A stretch of 64,000 nt of DNA from an uncultured virus (IMG/VR IMGVR_UViG_3300021959_000013) (lineage: Duplodnaviria > Heunggongvirae > Uroviricota > Caudoviricetes): IMG/VR virus record IMGVR_UViG_3300021959_000013; one strand, written 5' to 3'. This document shows positions 44,452 through 56,229 of the stretch, one piece after another (position 1 is the stretch's first letter; every line of letters begins with the position of its first letter). Both the position numbers and the translations under genes were made by a program. The notes beneath the pieces were generated by a model that saw only the letters and a program-made list of their open reading frames with translations, did not search any database and had not been told where the DNA came from.

Positions 44452-46050
44452 ATGGCAGCAATCATAACATCAAATTTTAGAACAGTAAATGCATCGCATT
44501 TTAAAGAGCAAATAGAAGGCTCTAGTGTCTATGTAGCAATAGGTAAATCAGACGTATGGTCTTTAACCACATCTGATACTACAGATACAACACCTTTTGT
44601 TCCAGGAGATAACTTAGACCAGTTAGGAGAAGCAAGAGCTAACCTTATAGCTATGAAAAAAATCGTATCTGCTGATATTGCTCACGTAGTACCAAGACAT
44701 ACTTGGACATCAGGTAATTCATACTATGCCTGGGATTCAGACGACGCAAGTATATTTGATAAAGCGTTTTATATCGTAACATCAGAATTTAAAGTTTATA
44801 AATGTATTGTGGCTGGTGGAGGTGCTTCAAGCATTCAGCCAACTCAAACATTAACTTCTCCAACTGCAGAATCAGACGGATATACATGGAAATATATGTA
44901 TACAATATCAGTTGCTGACGCAGAAAAATTCTTAACTAATAGTTATATGCCAGTTAAAACTGTTTCATTAGCAGCAAGTGCTACTGTAGCAGTCGCTTCA
45001 ACAACAGCTACAATTATACTAACAGAAACTGTTCCTGGTATACATGTTGGAATGACAGTAAGTGGAACGAATGTAGGTTCATCTAAAACTGTTTCAGCTA
45101 TTAACGGTTCTGTATTAACATTAAGTGGAGCTCCATCAGGTTCAGTATCAGGTATATTAACCTTTGCATATGCTAATGATGCCGCGGCAGAAGCTGTTTT
45201 ATCAGAAGCAGATTATGCTCAATACTTAAACCAAAAAGCTTCAAGAGATTCATCAACGGCCGCTGGTATCGAAAGAATTGAAGTCACAGCAGGTGGAACA
45301 GGTTATACAAATAATACTAATGTCGCAGTTGCAATAACAGGTGATGGTACCGGAGCAACCGTCACAACAACCGCTGGCGTTACAGTAGCAGGTGGTGCAG
45401 TCACTGCAATCACAATCGCAAACAAAGGTACTAATTATAGAGTAGCTGATTTAGTAATTTCAGGTGGTGCTGGTTCAGACGCTACAGCAAGAGCAGTTAT
45501 TGCTCCAAAAGCAGGACATGGAGTTGACCCAGTATCAGAACTTGGTGGATTCTTTGTAGCTCTTAATTCTAAACTAGACGGAAATGATGGTGGTGATATC
45601 ACTGTAGGTAATGATTTTAGACAAATTACTTTAATTAATGAACCAAGAGATTATAACGCTACTCCATTGGCTGGTAATATTGCCACAGCAGATACTTTAA
45701 AGGCTACAAGTTATTTAGACTTTAATTCATCTGCAACAGTAGCTAATTATACAGTTGATGAGTTAATTGTAGGAGCTGGCGGAGCTCAAGCTTACGTAGT
45801 AGAAAAAGATACATCAAATGGTTATTTAAGATACCATCAAAATTCAAAAACAGGATATAAGGCTTTCGTAAATGGCGAAGTCGTTACTGGTCAGTCATCA
45901 AGTCAGGCAGATACATTAGAAACATCTAATGCAATAGGTAGTCCTGAAGTAGACCGTGCAAGTGGAGAGATTTTATTCTTAGAAAATAGAAATCCTATTA
46001 GCAGAACAACAACACAGATTGAAGATATTAAAGTAATAATTGAATTCTAA
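44452..46050 (+). CDS. gp8: Baseplate wedge subunit gp8
   Basis: MAAIIT..FR, VVPR..W, FKVYKC, DGYTWKYMYTI, SGEILFLENR, EDIKVIIEF. Confidence 0.88.
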   Translation: MAAIITSNFRTVNASHFKEQIEGSSVYVAIGKSDVWSLTTSDTTDTTPFVPGDNLDQLGEARANLIAMKKIVSADIAHVVPRHTWTSGNSYYAWDSDDASIFDKAFYIVTSEFKVYKCIVAGGGASSIQPTQTLTSPTAESDGYTWKYMYTISVADAEKFLTNSYMPVKTVSLAASATVAVASTTATIILTETVPGIHVGMTVSGTNVGSSKTVSAINGSVLTLSGAPSGSVSGILTFAYANDAAAEAVLSEADYAQYLNQKASRDSSTAAGIERIEVTAGGTGYTNNTNVAVAITGDGTGATVTTTAGVTVAGGAVTAITIANKGTNYRVADLVISGGAGSDATARAVIAPKAGHGVDPVSELGGFFVALNSKLDGNDGGDITVGNDFRQITLINEPRDYNATPLAGNIATADTLKATSYLDFNSSATVANYTVDELIVGAGGAQAYVVEKDTSNGYLRYHQNSKTGYKAFVNGEVVTGQSSSQADTLETSNAIGSPEVDRASGEILFLENRNPISRTTTQIEDIKVIIEF

Positions 46051-46075
46051 TATCAATTAGAAAGAGAAGAGATTT

Positions 46076-49000
46076 ATGGCAACAACAATAGTAAAACACA
46101 ATTTTACAGATTACACACTTGATGATTTTGATGAAACAAAGAATTATCATAGAATTCTGTTTAGACCAGGATATGCAGTACAAGCAAGAGAGCTTACACA
46201 ATTACAAACTGCATTACAAGCTCAAATAGACCGTTATGGTCAATACGCTTTTAAAGATGGTTCAAGAGTTGTTAACGGTAAAGTCACATTAAATGTAGAA
46301 TACGATTTTGTTAAAATTGAATCATCATTTACTCATTCAACAGCTGGTGCATTAAATGCAGACAACTATTTATCAGAATTTGTGGGTACTACAATTACTG
46401 GTGCTACAAATGGAGTCACCGCTGAAGTATTAGAAGTAGTTGCAAAAGGAGATGCTTCAAACCCAGCTACTTTATATGTAAAATATACTAATTCAGGCAC
46501 AAATAATGCAACTTCAGTATTTGCAAACGGCGAAGAATTATCATCTAATGGTTCACCAGTAAGATATGCTAAAGCTATATCATCAGCTGCTACTGGATTA
46601 GGCTCAACAATAAATATAGAAGAAGGTGTATATTTTATATCAGGAACATTTGCTTATGTTCCAGCTGGTTCATTAATATTAGACAAATATACAAACACAC
46701 CTAATTATATCATAGGTTTAAGAGTTACAGAATCTATAGTTGAATCAGGAACAGATACTACTTTATTAGATAACGCACAAGGTGTTCCAAATACAGCTGC
46801 TCCAGGAGCAAAAAGGTATAAAATAAGTACAACACTTATAAAAGAACCTTTAGCTTTATCTTCAAGAACAGAAAATGATTATATTACATTAGTTGTAATA
46901 GAAGATGGTAAAGCTGCTATTGATAAAACAGATAAAACAGGCGATACAGAATTAACAGAAAGATTAGCAAGAAGAACATTTGAAGAATCTGGTGATTACG
47001 TTGTAGAACCATTTCAACTTAATGTAAGAGAATATTTAAACGATGGAACTAACTTTGGTTTTAAAACCACTGATGAAATTATAGCTGATGGAGATGCTGC
47101 TAACACAGGCGCAGCTACAACATTCGGTGAAGATAGATTAGTTGTAGGTATTGACCCATCAGTAGCTTATGTAAAAGGATTCAGAGTTCAAAATAATACA
47201 ACTAAAAATTTAGTAGTAGAAAAACCAAGAGGTGCAAATTCTACAAATACAGTCAATGTAGCTACAACAAGTGCACAAGTAGGAAACTATGTCAAATTAA
47301 CAGCATCAACTGTAAAAGGGATGCCAGATGTTAATACTTTTGCAACAATGAATTTACATAACGCAACAGGACAAGGCGGTAGTGTTATAGGTACTGCAAG
47401 AGCAAGAGCTTTAGAATTTGTAAGTGGAGAATTAAGGCTACATCTTTTTGATGTTAACATGTCTAGTAATAATGTATTTAGTGCAGTAAGAAGTGTTAAC
47501 CAAACAGGAACTACTCAAAACTTTATCGGTGATTTAGCTTCAGCTGGTAATCTATTTGAAGTCGGTAATAACACAATGGTATTTAAATTGCCACAAGCCG
47601 CTGTCAAAACTTTAAAAACAGGTAGTACAACAACAGATACTATTATAGTAGTAAAACAATTATTTGATTTAAATTCAAATTCAATCTCAGTTTCTGGCGG
47701 AGATACCTTTGTTAATACAAGTTCCATTACAGCTTCTTTAGGTACTGGTGTTATTGATACCACACCAACAAGAGATACAGCATCAGGCGCTGGTGGAGAT
47801 GGTTCAACTAGTATAACTTTCACCGATATTGGTGGTGTCACACCTGGTTCTACCAGAATGAAAGTAATGGCTGATGTAAGAAAAAATATATTACAAAAAC
47901 AAAAAAATAGAGTTAATGGTGCTACAAAAACAGCCGCTCTTTCAAGTAAAGCGTTAAGTTTAGGCAAATCAGATATTATAAGAATAGTATCTGTTACTGA
48001 TGCTCAATCAGTAAATATTACAGATAGATTTATATTAGATAATGGACAAAGAGATAATTTTTATCAAAATGGTAAAGTCACACTTAAGCCAGGATTCCCT
48101 ACACCTGCAGGTAATATAACAGTTACGTTTGACCATTATACTCATGCATCAGGAGATTATTTCTCAGTTGATTCATATCCAGAAGCAGATAGAAAGAAAA
48201 AAATATTATTTAATAGTTCTAAAGGAACCTTTAATTTATTAGATTGTTTAGACTTTAGACCAACTAAAGCTGATAATGGAGTAGATAATTTTACTCCAAT
48301 AAATAACCAACCACAACCGGTTAAGCCAAATTCAGCACCTATTGCTCAAGTAGAACATTACATGGCACGAATTGATAAAGTCTTTATTAATCGTAAAGGC
48401 GAATTTAAAACAGCTGTTGGTGTACCAAATTTAAATCCTAAAGCTCCAGAAACACCTGATGACGCAATGGGTATATATGACTTAAATTTAAAACCTTTCA
48501 TATATGATTTAGACGATGTTAAACCAAAAATTCTTAATAACACAAGATATACCATGAAAGATATTGGTGCACTTGATAAAAGAATTAAAAACTTAGAATA
48601 TTATACATCCCTATCATTATTAGAACAAAGCGCTGCTGACGTAGAATTGTTTGATGGTAATGGATTTTCAAGATTAAAAAATGGATTTATAGTAGATGGA
48701 TTTAGAAGTCATTCGGTTGGAGATTCATTAAATCCGGATTATACAGCAGCAATAGATAAATCAAATGGTATATTAAGACCTAAGTTTGATGAAAGAAATG
48801 TTAACTTAGTAAGATTAAGTACAGAAAGTAATTCAACTTCTGGTGCAGCAACATTAACTAATTCATTAGCTACTATGCCAATGGCAACAGATGTTAATTA
48901 TATCAATCAACCTTATGCATCAACATTCTCAAATGTAAATCCATACAACGTATTTAGTTGGGCTGGAACTATGGAGCTTTCTCCTGATTCAGACGAATGG

Positions 49001-51316
49001 AAAGAAACTGATGTAAGACCAAATGTTGTAATAGATGATTCCTCTTCATATGACCAATTTAAACAAATGGCTGAAGAAGCTGGTATATTAGGTACAGTGT
49101 GGAATGAATGGGAAACAAATTGGACTGGAGTAGAAACTGATGTTACAACTAGAGGAGCATTTAGAACTGGTATTAGACCGTGGTGGCTTGATGAACAATT
49201 CGAGTTTGCTTTTGGTACGACTACTACAACAACAACTACTACTACACAAAATCAATCAAGGACTGGTTTAAGTACTGAACTTGCATTTGATACTGTTTTA
49301 AGAAGTGATGGAACAAGAGTTGTTGAAGTTAACTTTGTACCATTCATAAGGTCAAGAAAAATATTTTTTAAAGCTCAATTAATGAAGCCAAGTACAAAAG
49401 TACATGCTTTCTTTGATGGAGTTAACGTTACTGATTTCTGTGAAGAAACATCTTTTGTAGAGTTTGCAACAAGAACTGGTGTTACAACTCACGAAGGAGA
49501 ATCCGCAGCAAATGTTAGTGACCATCTTATTACTAATGCTTCAGGCGTAGTGGAAGGTTCGTTTATCATACCAAGAAATGCCGCGCTTAAGTTCCAGACT
49601 GGTGTAAGAGAATTTAGACTTACAGACAGTTCTTCAAACGATAAGGATAGCGAAACTACCTACGCTGAAGCTCAGTATCATGCTCAAGGATTAATAGAAT
49701 CTGTTGAGAGTAGAATAGTATCTACAAAGGTACCAAGATTAGTACAATCAGAATTAAATCAAGATAGAACTCTTGTCGATACACAAGTAAGCGAAACAAC
49801 AGAATGGATAGACCCAGTAGCAGAAACAATTCTTATTGATAAAGCTGGTGGTATCTTTGCCAAGTCAGTTGACTTATTCTTTAAAACTAAATCAACAAGT
49901 ATACCAGTAAGGGTAACTATAAGAACAACTCAAAATGGTACACCTACACAAAGAATAGTACCAGGTGCTGATAAAATATTATATCCAAGTTCAGTAAATG
50001 TATCAGCTACTGCTGCAACAGCAACTAACTTTGCATTTGATTATCCAGTTTATTTAGCTCAAGATACTGAATATGCAATAGTAATCACATCTCAATCAGA
50101 TGATTATGAAGTATGGATAGCAGAAATGGGTGGGTTTGACGTAACAAATACATCTGAAAGAATTACAAAACAGCCATATAATGGTGTATTCTTTAGTTCA
50201 GCAAATGCTTCAACATGGACACCAGAACAAAGTAAAGATTTAAAATTCAAATTAAACAGAGCTTCATTTAGTGGTTCATCATCAACATTAACATTAACTA
50301 ATGATATATTACCTCCTAAAAAACTAGGTGGTAATCCCCTAGCTACTACACAGAATTCTGGTGTAATTACAGTCACACATAAAAATCATGGAATGTATGG
50401 TGGTGGAACAGTAACAATTGCTGGAGCAGTAGACACTAATGGTATTTCAGCTGGAAATATAAATGGTAATCGTACTATTTCTAATATTGCTCATGATAGT
50501 TATACAATAACAGCAGGAAGTTCAGATGTTTCAACAAATTCAGCTGCTGGTATCGGAGCAGGTGGCGGAAGCGCTGTGACAGCAACAGAAAATAGACACA
50601 TGGATTTAATATATCCAGTAATATCAAATATTACATTACCAGGAACTTCTGTTAGATATTTCCTTACAACATATGCTGGTAAAAGTATTAATGGAACAGA
50701 AACGGCTTATCAACCAAAAGCTGAAAAAGAAATACTTGTAAATAAAAACTTTACATTCGACGCACCAAGTGTTATTGGTTCAGCAATTAATGAATCAACA
50801 TCAATGGGTAGTGCTAAATCATTTAAATTAAGATGTGTATTAAGTACAACTGATGAAGCTATATCTCCAGTAATAGATTTAAACAGAGCATCAGTACATA
50901 CAATAGAAAACCTTATCAGTTCAAGCGGTGGTTTAGAAACTACTGCAACAGGTGGAGCAGAGTTAGCTAGGTATATAACTAAAAAAGTAGAACTGAACGA
51001 AGAAGCAGATTCAGCTACTGTATTTTTAAATGTTTTAAGACCAGGCGCTTCAAATGTAGATTTATATTACAGAACTCTTGAAGGTGGTTCATCAGCTGAT
51101 ATTAATGATGTTGCATTTACAGCAGCAACTCCAAGTGAATCAATACCAGTTAGCGAAAGTTCTTTTTCTGAAGTAAGATATGATTTAACAGAATCAGTAT
51201 TAACTGCAGCAGATATTGGTAGTTTTGGTACTATACAATTTAAAATAGTATTACGTTCGACATCAACATCGAATCCACCATTAATAAAAGATTTTAGAGC
51301 AATTTGCGCGACATAG
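46076..51316 (+). CDS. Large virion structural protein (DUF4815/VrlC-like)
   Basis: DDFDE.KNYHRILFRPG.AVQARELTQLQ, APGA.R, RYTMKDIG.L.KRI..LEYYTSL, KNGFIVD.F. Confidence 0.85.
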   Translation: MATTIVKHNFTDYTLDDFDETKNYHRILFRPGYAVQARELTQLQTALQAQIDRYGQYAFKDGSRVVNGKVTLNVEYDFVKIESSFTHSTAGALNADNYLSEFVGTTITGATNGVTAEVLEVVAKGDASNPATLYVKYTNSGTNNATSVFANGEELSSNGSPVRYAKAISSAATGLGSTINIEEGVYFISGTFAYVPAGSLILDKYTNTPNYIIGLRVTESIVESGTDTTLLDNAQGVPNTAAPGAKRYKISTTLIKEPLALSSRTENDYITLVVIEDGKAAIDKTDKTGDTELTERLARRTFEESGDYVVEPFQLNVREYLNDGTNFGFKTTDEIIADGDAANTGAATTFGEDRLVVGIDPSVAYVKGFRVQNNTTKNLVVEKPRGANSTNTVNVATTSAQVGNYVKLTASTVKGMPDVNTFATMNLHNATGQGGSVIGTARARALEFVSGELRLHLFDVNMSSNNVFSAVRSVNQTGTTQNFIGDLASAGNLFEVGNNTMVFKLPQAAVKTLKTGSTTTDTIIVVKQLFDLNSNSISVSGGDTFVNTSSITASLGTGVIDTTPTRDTASGAGGDGSTSITFTDIGGVTPGSTRMKVMADVRKNILQKQKNRVNGATKTAALSSKALSLGKSDIIRIVSVTDAQSVNITDRFILDNGQRDNFYQNGKVTLKPGFPTPAGNITVTFDHYTHASGDYFSVDSYPEADRKKKILFNSSKGTFNLLDCLDFRPTKADNGVDNFTPINNQPQPVKPNSAPIAQVEHYMARIDKVFINRKGEFKTAVGVPNLNPKAPETPDDAMGIYDLNLKPFIYDLDDVKPKILNNTRYTMKDIGALDKRIKNLEYYTSLSLLEQSAADVELFDGNGFSRLKNGFIVDGFRSHSVGDSLNPDYTAAIDKSNGILRPKFDERNVNLVRLSTESNSTSGAATLTNSLATMPMATDVNYINQPYASTFSNVNPYNVFSWAGTMELSPDSDEWKETDVRPNVVIDDSSSYDQFKQMAEEAGILGTVWNEWETNWTGVETDVTTRGAFRTGIRPWWLDEQFEFAFGTTTTTTTTTTQNQSRTGLSTELAFDTVLRSDGTRVVEVNFVPFIRSRKIFFKAQLMKPSTKVHAFFDGVNVTDFCEETSFVEFATRTGVTTHEGESAANVSDHLITNASGVVEGSFIIPRNAALKFQTGVREFRLTDSSSNDKDSETTYAEAQYHAQGLIESVESRIVSTKVPRLVQSELNQDRTLVDTQVSETTEWIDPVAETILIDKAGGIFAKSVDLFFKTKSTSIPVRVTIRTTQNGTPTQRIVPGADKILYPSSVNVSATAATATNFAFDYPVYLAQDTEYAIVITSQSDDYEVWIAEMGGFDVTNTSERITKQPYNGVFFSSANASTWTPEQSKDLKFKLNRASFSGSSSTLTLTNDILPPKKLGGNPLATTQNSGVITVTHKNHGMYGGGTVTIAGAVDTNGISAGNINGNRTISNIAHDSYTITAGSSDVSTNSAAGIGAGGGSAVTATENRHMDLIYPVISNITLPGTSVRYFLTTYAGKSINGTETAYQPKAEKEILVNKNFTFDAPSVIGSAINESTSMGSAKSFKLRCVLSTTDEAISPVIDLNRASVHTIENLISSSGGLETTATGGAELARYITKKVELNEEADSATVFLNVLRPGASNVDLYYRTLEGGSSADINDVAFTAATPSESIPVSESSFSEVRYDLTESVLTAADIGSFGTIQFKIVLRSTSTSNPPLIKDFRAICAT

Positions 51317-51324
51317 GATAACAA

Positions 51325-51525
51325 ATGGCAAAGACAAAAGTAAAAGAAAATCCAGATTTAGTAAAAGATACAGTAACTCAAGCTGTTATAAATACTAATA
51401 CATCGGCCTTTTCTGCAAGAAGAGACCAACTTGATAAACTTAAAGCAAAAGATACTGAAATTGAAACTATGAAATCAGATATAGAAGAGCTTAAAAAGAT
51501 TATAAAAAAATTAGGTAGTAAATAA
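51325..51525 (+). CDS. Small conserved coiled-coil virion-module protein
   Basis: LVKD..T.A.INTN...EI..MK.DI.ELK pattern. Confidence 0.75.
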   Translation: MAKTKVKENPDLVKDTVTQAVINTNTSAFSARRDQLDKLKAKDTEIETMKSDIEELKKIIKKLGSK

Positions 51526-54500
51526 TGGCAATAAGAGACGAAGTAAGAACATTAAAGGCAAATACTCTAGAAGAGTTTAGACAGAAAAGTAATGAGCTTT
51601 CAATAAGAAATGTTGGTGATGATAGCCTTTTAAGTAGTAACTTAGGAGATAAAACTGAATCATTTACAGCTACATCAGGTCAGAAATTCTTTGAATTAGC
51701 TGGAAGGTTTGAAATATTACCTGAAATTACTGTTGATAAAACAACAGGAGTTGCAGAGTCATATAGGACTGGTGCTATCAGAGTAACAAAACAAGGTACA
51801 GCATTAACTCAAGGATTGGCCGCTGCAGATTTTAAAGTTCCTAACTATGCTTTAAAAGTAACACTAAATGGTTCACCTACAATACATTCATCTTTTGTAG
51901 AAAATGCAACTCTTACTCAGTCAGGTGGATTCTCTGGTGTATTATTATCAGCAGATTCTAGTATATTAAGATTTAAATCTACTAACGGTGTATCATTTAA
52001 CACTGGCCAAAATTTAACTCTTGGTAGTAATAGTATTGTTGCAGCAAGAATATCATCTCAAAATACAATCGATGCTGGTCATGGTACATTAATAGAATTA
52101 ATAACAGGCGCAACATCAGGTCATGTTATTGTAGTAGATTCAACAAGTTTAGTAGATGCAGTTAACGAATTACAAGACGATGTAGGTGTCGTAGAAAATT
52201 TAACAACAAGCGCAGGTAGTTTAACTCTTGCAGTTAATGAACATGATGCAGAGCTTGGAACAATTACATCTGGAGCAATGGGAACATCAGCTTCAACTGT
52301 AAGTACAGCAATTGCAGAACACGAAGGTCAAATAGGTAATATGTCCTTAACTGGTTTATCAGCTACAGATTTATCTGCAGGATTAAGAGAACTTAGAACT
52401 GAATTAGGTAATCATGCTTCACTTGATACAAACGTAAAAACTTCAGCTGTTGTTGCAATTAACGAATTAGAAACTGCAATCAGAGGAAGTGCTAGTAATT
52501 ATACACTAAGTACAGCAGCAAGTAATTTAGTAGCAGCAATCAACGAATTAGACGCTTTACAAGGTAACGTTGATATAAGCGCTATTGCTTCTACAGTTAC
52601 TGCAGCTTTAGCTCAATTACATACAGAAATAGGTGATGTTAATATTACCACAATTGCTTCAGGTAATAATAGTATTACTGGAGCTTTATCTCAATTACAT
52701 ACAGAATTAGGAAGCGCTACTTTAGCAACAAGTTCAAATACTCATACAGGTGCTATTAACGAATTGCATGGAGAAATAAATTCAAACGATACTGATATAG
52801 CTACAATTAATACTAAACTTGGTACAATTACAGCAGGCGCATTTGGAACAACAGCTTCAACAGTAAGTACTGCAATTAACGAATTACATACTGATGTCGA
52901 TGCAAGATTATTCTTAACATCTGGTTCAGAACAAACCGTTAATTCAGACGTAAAAATAGGTAGTGGAAAAACTCTTGATTTATCAGATGGTACATTATTA
53001 TTATCTAGTGGAGGAGCAGGTTCGGTTGCAAGTTTAGGTTCAGCTTTTGTTCAATTAGATGCTAACTTAACTTCATCTCCAATGGGATTAAGAGTAGATA
53101 GAGACCATATTACTCCATCCGGTTCTATGACTAACCATGATGTAGAATTACAATGGGATGAAACACAAGTAAGTTCAAATGCTAAAAGAGCATGGAGATT
53201 GAAAGGAATGGCAGCAAACGGTTCTGCAAATACTGCAGATATCGTAACATTCTATAATGCTGAAGATTTAGTTCATGCAAATACAATAGCTGGAACAAAT
53301 GGAATAAAAGCTACGTGGAATGGTGGAACTGAAGATTTTGATTTTACTTTAACAGCTGACCCAGAAATTACTTTAGGCGGAGATTTAAGTGGAGCAGCAA
53401 CTTTAACAAATTTAGGTGATGCCACATTAACAGCAACTATCGTAGCAGGGTCTGTAGAAAATAGTATGTTGGCTTCAAATGCAGTTACTAATGTAAAGAT
53501 TGCAGATTCAACTATTGCAAATGCTAAATTAGCAAATAAAGGAATAAGTATCGATGCTGATTCAGGCACAACTCATCTTATTAATTTAGGTGAAACACTA
53601 ACAGTAACTGGCCAGTCAGGAGAAGTAGATACTACTATTTCAAATAATACTCTTACAATTGGATTACCAAGTAATGTCACAATAGGAAATAACTTAATTG
53701 TTACTGGTGACTTAACAGTTCAAGGTACAAATACAATATTAAATACATCAACACTAGAAGTAGAAGATACTTTAATACTTGCCGGTAGCAATTTAGGTTC
53801 AACCGAACCATCAACTGGCGGATTCGGTCTTGAAACAAAAGTTTTTGCAGGAGTTCATAGTAATGCTGCTGCTGGAGTAACAGGCGCTCACTCATTAGTA
53901 TATAACTTTGCGACTGACCAATGGGAAGCTGATGGTAACCAAATATTAGATACTGTTAATAGTTTAATTACTCCACAAATAAAAACAAATAATGGAACTT
54001 CTGGTAATTTAACACCAACTGATTTAACAGGTACAAGAGATTTAGACTTTATTGCGGGTTCTGGTATTACAATTGCTGGTGCTTTAAATAGTACAGATAT
54101 TGATATTACAATTACAAACTCAGATAAAGGTTCATCACAAACATTCTATAAAACATTTACAACAGACGCTGGTTCCAATGTAGTTGCTAGCGCCAATAAT
54201 GATTCAATTGAAATAGAAGGTGGTACAGGATTAACTACTACAGGTTCTGCAGATAAGGTTTCAATAAAATTAGATAACACTGCAGTAACTCCAAATAGTT
54301 ATGGTAGTGGTTCAGCTATTCCAACATTTACTGTAGATGCTCAAGGCCGTTTAACAGCCGCAGGTAGTGTTTCAGTTGATACTTACAGTGGATGGAATTT
54401 AACTGTAGGCGGAGTTGCAAGAGGTTTAATATCAGAAGATGAAATTGTTTCATTTACTGGTGGAAATGCTATTGATGTAGCTTACAGTGCTACAAATAAT

Positions 54501-55670
54501 AACATAACGTTTAATCATGCTGATACATCAGGTGCAGCCAATGTAGATAATAATGGTACTAATTTTGTACAAGATATGACTTTTGATGCGTATGGTCATG
54601 TTCAAAGCGTGACTTCAGCTGGATTTACATTAGGTAATGGAACATTAACAGTTCAGGGTACTGGAGTCCTAGGTGGAACAGGAACATTTACAGCTAACCA
54701 ATCTACAGCTGGTACAATATCAATTACACATGATGCTGTAAGTAAATCAAGTACTACAAGTACAGCTACTCCTGGATATGGCTCAACATTTACAGCAATT
54801 GATTCAATTACAACAAGTGCTGAAGGTCATGTCACTGCAGTTAATACAAAAACCGTTACAATTCCTGCTTCTGATAATACAAATACTCAATTAAGTGTTG
54901 CACAAGTAAGAGCAGCAGTAGAGGCTGCAAGTGATTCAAATGTATTTACTGATGCAGACCATACTAAATTAAATGGTGTTGCAGCAGGCGCAACAGCTAC
55001 TAACGCTACTGACCAAAATTTTACAACCACATTAAAGAATAAATTAGATGGTATAGCAGCAGGTGCAACAGCTACTAACGCTACTGAACAGAATTTTACA
55101 ACTGTTTTAAAAAATAAATTAGATGGTATAGCAGCAAGTGCAACGAATACAGCTGCACCTCATTATACTAGTGCAATTGGTTCTTCTGATGTTACAACTG
55201 CATTAGGATTTACACCATATAATTCAACTAACCCAAGTGGTTATACAACATATAGTGCTAACCAAACTTTAAATAATAACTCTAATGTTCACTTTGAAGG
55301 TTTAATGGTTGGGCAAACAAGTTCTGCTACTGCAAATACCATACGTTGTGTTGGTGATGTTGTTGCTTTCTATTCATCAGATGAAAGATTAAAAGATAAT
55401 ATTACACCAATCGAAAATTCATTAGAAAAGGTTGGCCAACTTAAAGGTTATGAGTTTGATTGGAACGATAATCAAGAAGTTTACGAAGGACATGATGTTG
55501 GTGTTATTGCTCAAGAAGTAGAAAAAGTAGTACCAGAGATTGTCGAAACAAGAAAACATGATGGCTATAAAGCTGTTAAATACGAAAAATTAGTTCCTTT
55601 ATTAATAAATGCAATTAATGAATTAAAAGCTGAAATTGAAGAACTAAAAAGTATAAATAAGAAGGTATAG
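51525..55670 (+). CDS. Fibre protein with segmented coiled coil and C-terminal S74-type intramolecular chaperone
   Basis: NTLEEFRQK.N start; many AINEL-type heptad segments; SSDERLKDNI...G.IAQEVE.V.PE.V...V.YEKLVPLLI.AI.EL. Confidence 0.85.
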   Translation: MAIRDEVRTLKANTLEEFRQKSNELSIRNVGDDSLLSSNLGDKTESFTATSGQKFFELAGRFEILPEITVDKTTGVAESYRTGAIRVTKQGTALTQGLAAADFKVPNYALKVTLNGSPTIHSSFVENATLTQSGGFSGVLLSADSSILRFKSTNGVSFNTGQNLTLGSNSIVAARISSQNTIDAGHGTLIELITGATSGHVIVVDSTSLVDAVNELQDDVGVVENLTTSAGSLTLAVNEHDAELGTITSGAMGTSASTVSTAIAEHEGQIGNMSLTGLSATDLSAGLRELRTELGNHASLDTNVKTSAVVAINELETAIRGSASNYTLSTAASNLVAAINELDALQGNVDISAIASTVTAALAQLHTEIGDVNITTIASGNNSITGALSQLHTELGSATLATSSNTHTGAINELHGEINSNDTDIATINTKLGTITAGAFGTTASTVSTAINELHTDVDARLFLTSGSEQTVNSDVKIGSGKTLDLSDGTLLLSSGGAGSVASLGSAFVQLDANLTSSPMGLRVDRDHITPSGSMTNHDVELQWDETQVSSNAKRAWRLKGMAANGSANTADIVTFYNAEDLVHANTIAGTNGIKATWNGGTEDFDFTLTADPEITLGGDLSGAATLTNLGDATLTATIVAGSVENSMLASNAVTNVKIADSTIANAKLANKGISIDADSGTTHLINLGETLTVTGQSGEVDTTISNNTLTIGLPSNVTIGNNLIVTGDLTVQGTNTILNTSTLEVEDTLILAGSNLGSTEPSTGGFGLETKVFAGVHSNAAAGVTGAHSLVYNFATDQWEADGNQILDTVNSLITPQIKTNNGTSGNLTPTDLTGTRDLDFIAGSGITIAGALNSTDIDITITNSDKGSSQTFYKTFTTDAGSNVVASANNDSIEIEGGTGLTTTGSADKVSIKLDNTAVTPNSYGSGSAIPTFTVDAQGRLTAAGSVSVDTYSGWNLTVGGVARGLISEDEIVSFTGGNAIDVAYSATNNNITFNHADTSGAANVDNNGTNFVQDMTFDAYGHVQSVTSAGFTLGNGTLTVQGTGVLGGTGTFTANQSTAGTISITHDAVSKSSTTSTATPGYGSTFTAIDSITTSAEGHVTAVNTKTVTIPASDNTNTQLSVAQVRAAVEAASDSNVFTDADHTKLNGVAAGATATNATDQNFTTTLKNKLDGIAAGATATNATEQNFTTVLKNKLDGIAASATNTAAPHYTSAIGSSDVTTALGFTPYNSTNPSGYTTYSANQTLNNNSNVHFEGLMVGQTSSATANTIRCVGDVVAFYSSDERLKDNITPIENSLEKVGQLKGYEFDWNDNQEVYEGHDVGVIAQEVEKVVPEIVETRKHDGYKAVKYEKLVPLLINAINELKAEIEELKSINKKV
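54966..55150 (+). repeat. 75-nt (25-aa) tandem repeat, about 2.5 copies, within the fibre gene
   Basis: KLNGVAAGATATNATDQNFTTTLKN / KLDGIAAGATATNATEQNFTTVLKN / KLDGIAASAT starting at 54966, 55041 and 55116. Confidence 0.85.
55652..55659 (+). promoter_or_regulatory. T4-type late promoter
   Basis: TATAAATA upstream of ATG 55676. Confidence 0.7.
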
Positions 55671-55675
55671 ATTAA

Positions 55676-56014
55676 ATGGCAATATACTCTAACATAGTAA
55701 TCGATCAAGGAGCTGATTACGCAGCTTCAATTGATGTAACTGATGCCGATGGAGATGCTTTAAACTTAACAGGTCATACAGGAAAAGGCCAAATAAGAAA
55801 AACATACTCATCAACAACTGCTGTAGATTTTGCAGTATCAGTAGCAAATCCGGCTACTACGGGAGTATTAAACATTAGTTTGACAAACGTTCAAACTAAT
55901 GCTATGAAAGCCGGTCGTTATGTTTATGATATAGAAATAACTGCTGGGTCAGGTACAAAAACAAGAGTTTTAGAAGGACAATTAGAAATTACACCGGGAG
56001 TTACGCAAACATAA
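55676..56014 (+). CDS. Virion structural / fibre adaptor protein
   Basis: IDQGAD, QIRK.YSS, GRYVYDIEI, RVLEG...TPGVT. Confidence 0.8.
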   Translation: MAIYSNIVIDQGADYAASIDVTDADGDALNLTGHTGKGQIRKTYSSTTAVDFAVSVANPATTGVLNISLTNVQTNAMKAGRYVYDIEITAGSGTKTRVLEGQLEITPGVTQT

Positions 56015-56229
56015 TGGCGAATATAAAAGCTAAAATAAAACGAAACCCAAATAAAATAGTAGCGCAAACCTTAAAAGTAGGTAACGTTGCTTTAACAGAT
56101 TTAACAGATGTGAATGCTCAGGGATTCTCCGATGGTGGTGTTTTGATATATAATGGTTCAACAACAAAATGGGATGCAACAACAACAATTGGAAACATCA
56201 ATACTAATATAACTGGAGGCACATACTAG
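56014..56229 (+). CDS. Small virion-module protein
   Basis: LTDLTDV...GGVLIYN...KW...GGTY. Confidence 0.7.
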   Translation: MANIKAKIKRNPNKIVAQTLKVGNVALTDLTDVNAQGFSDGGVLIYNGSTTKWDATTTIGNINTNITGGTY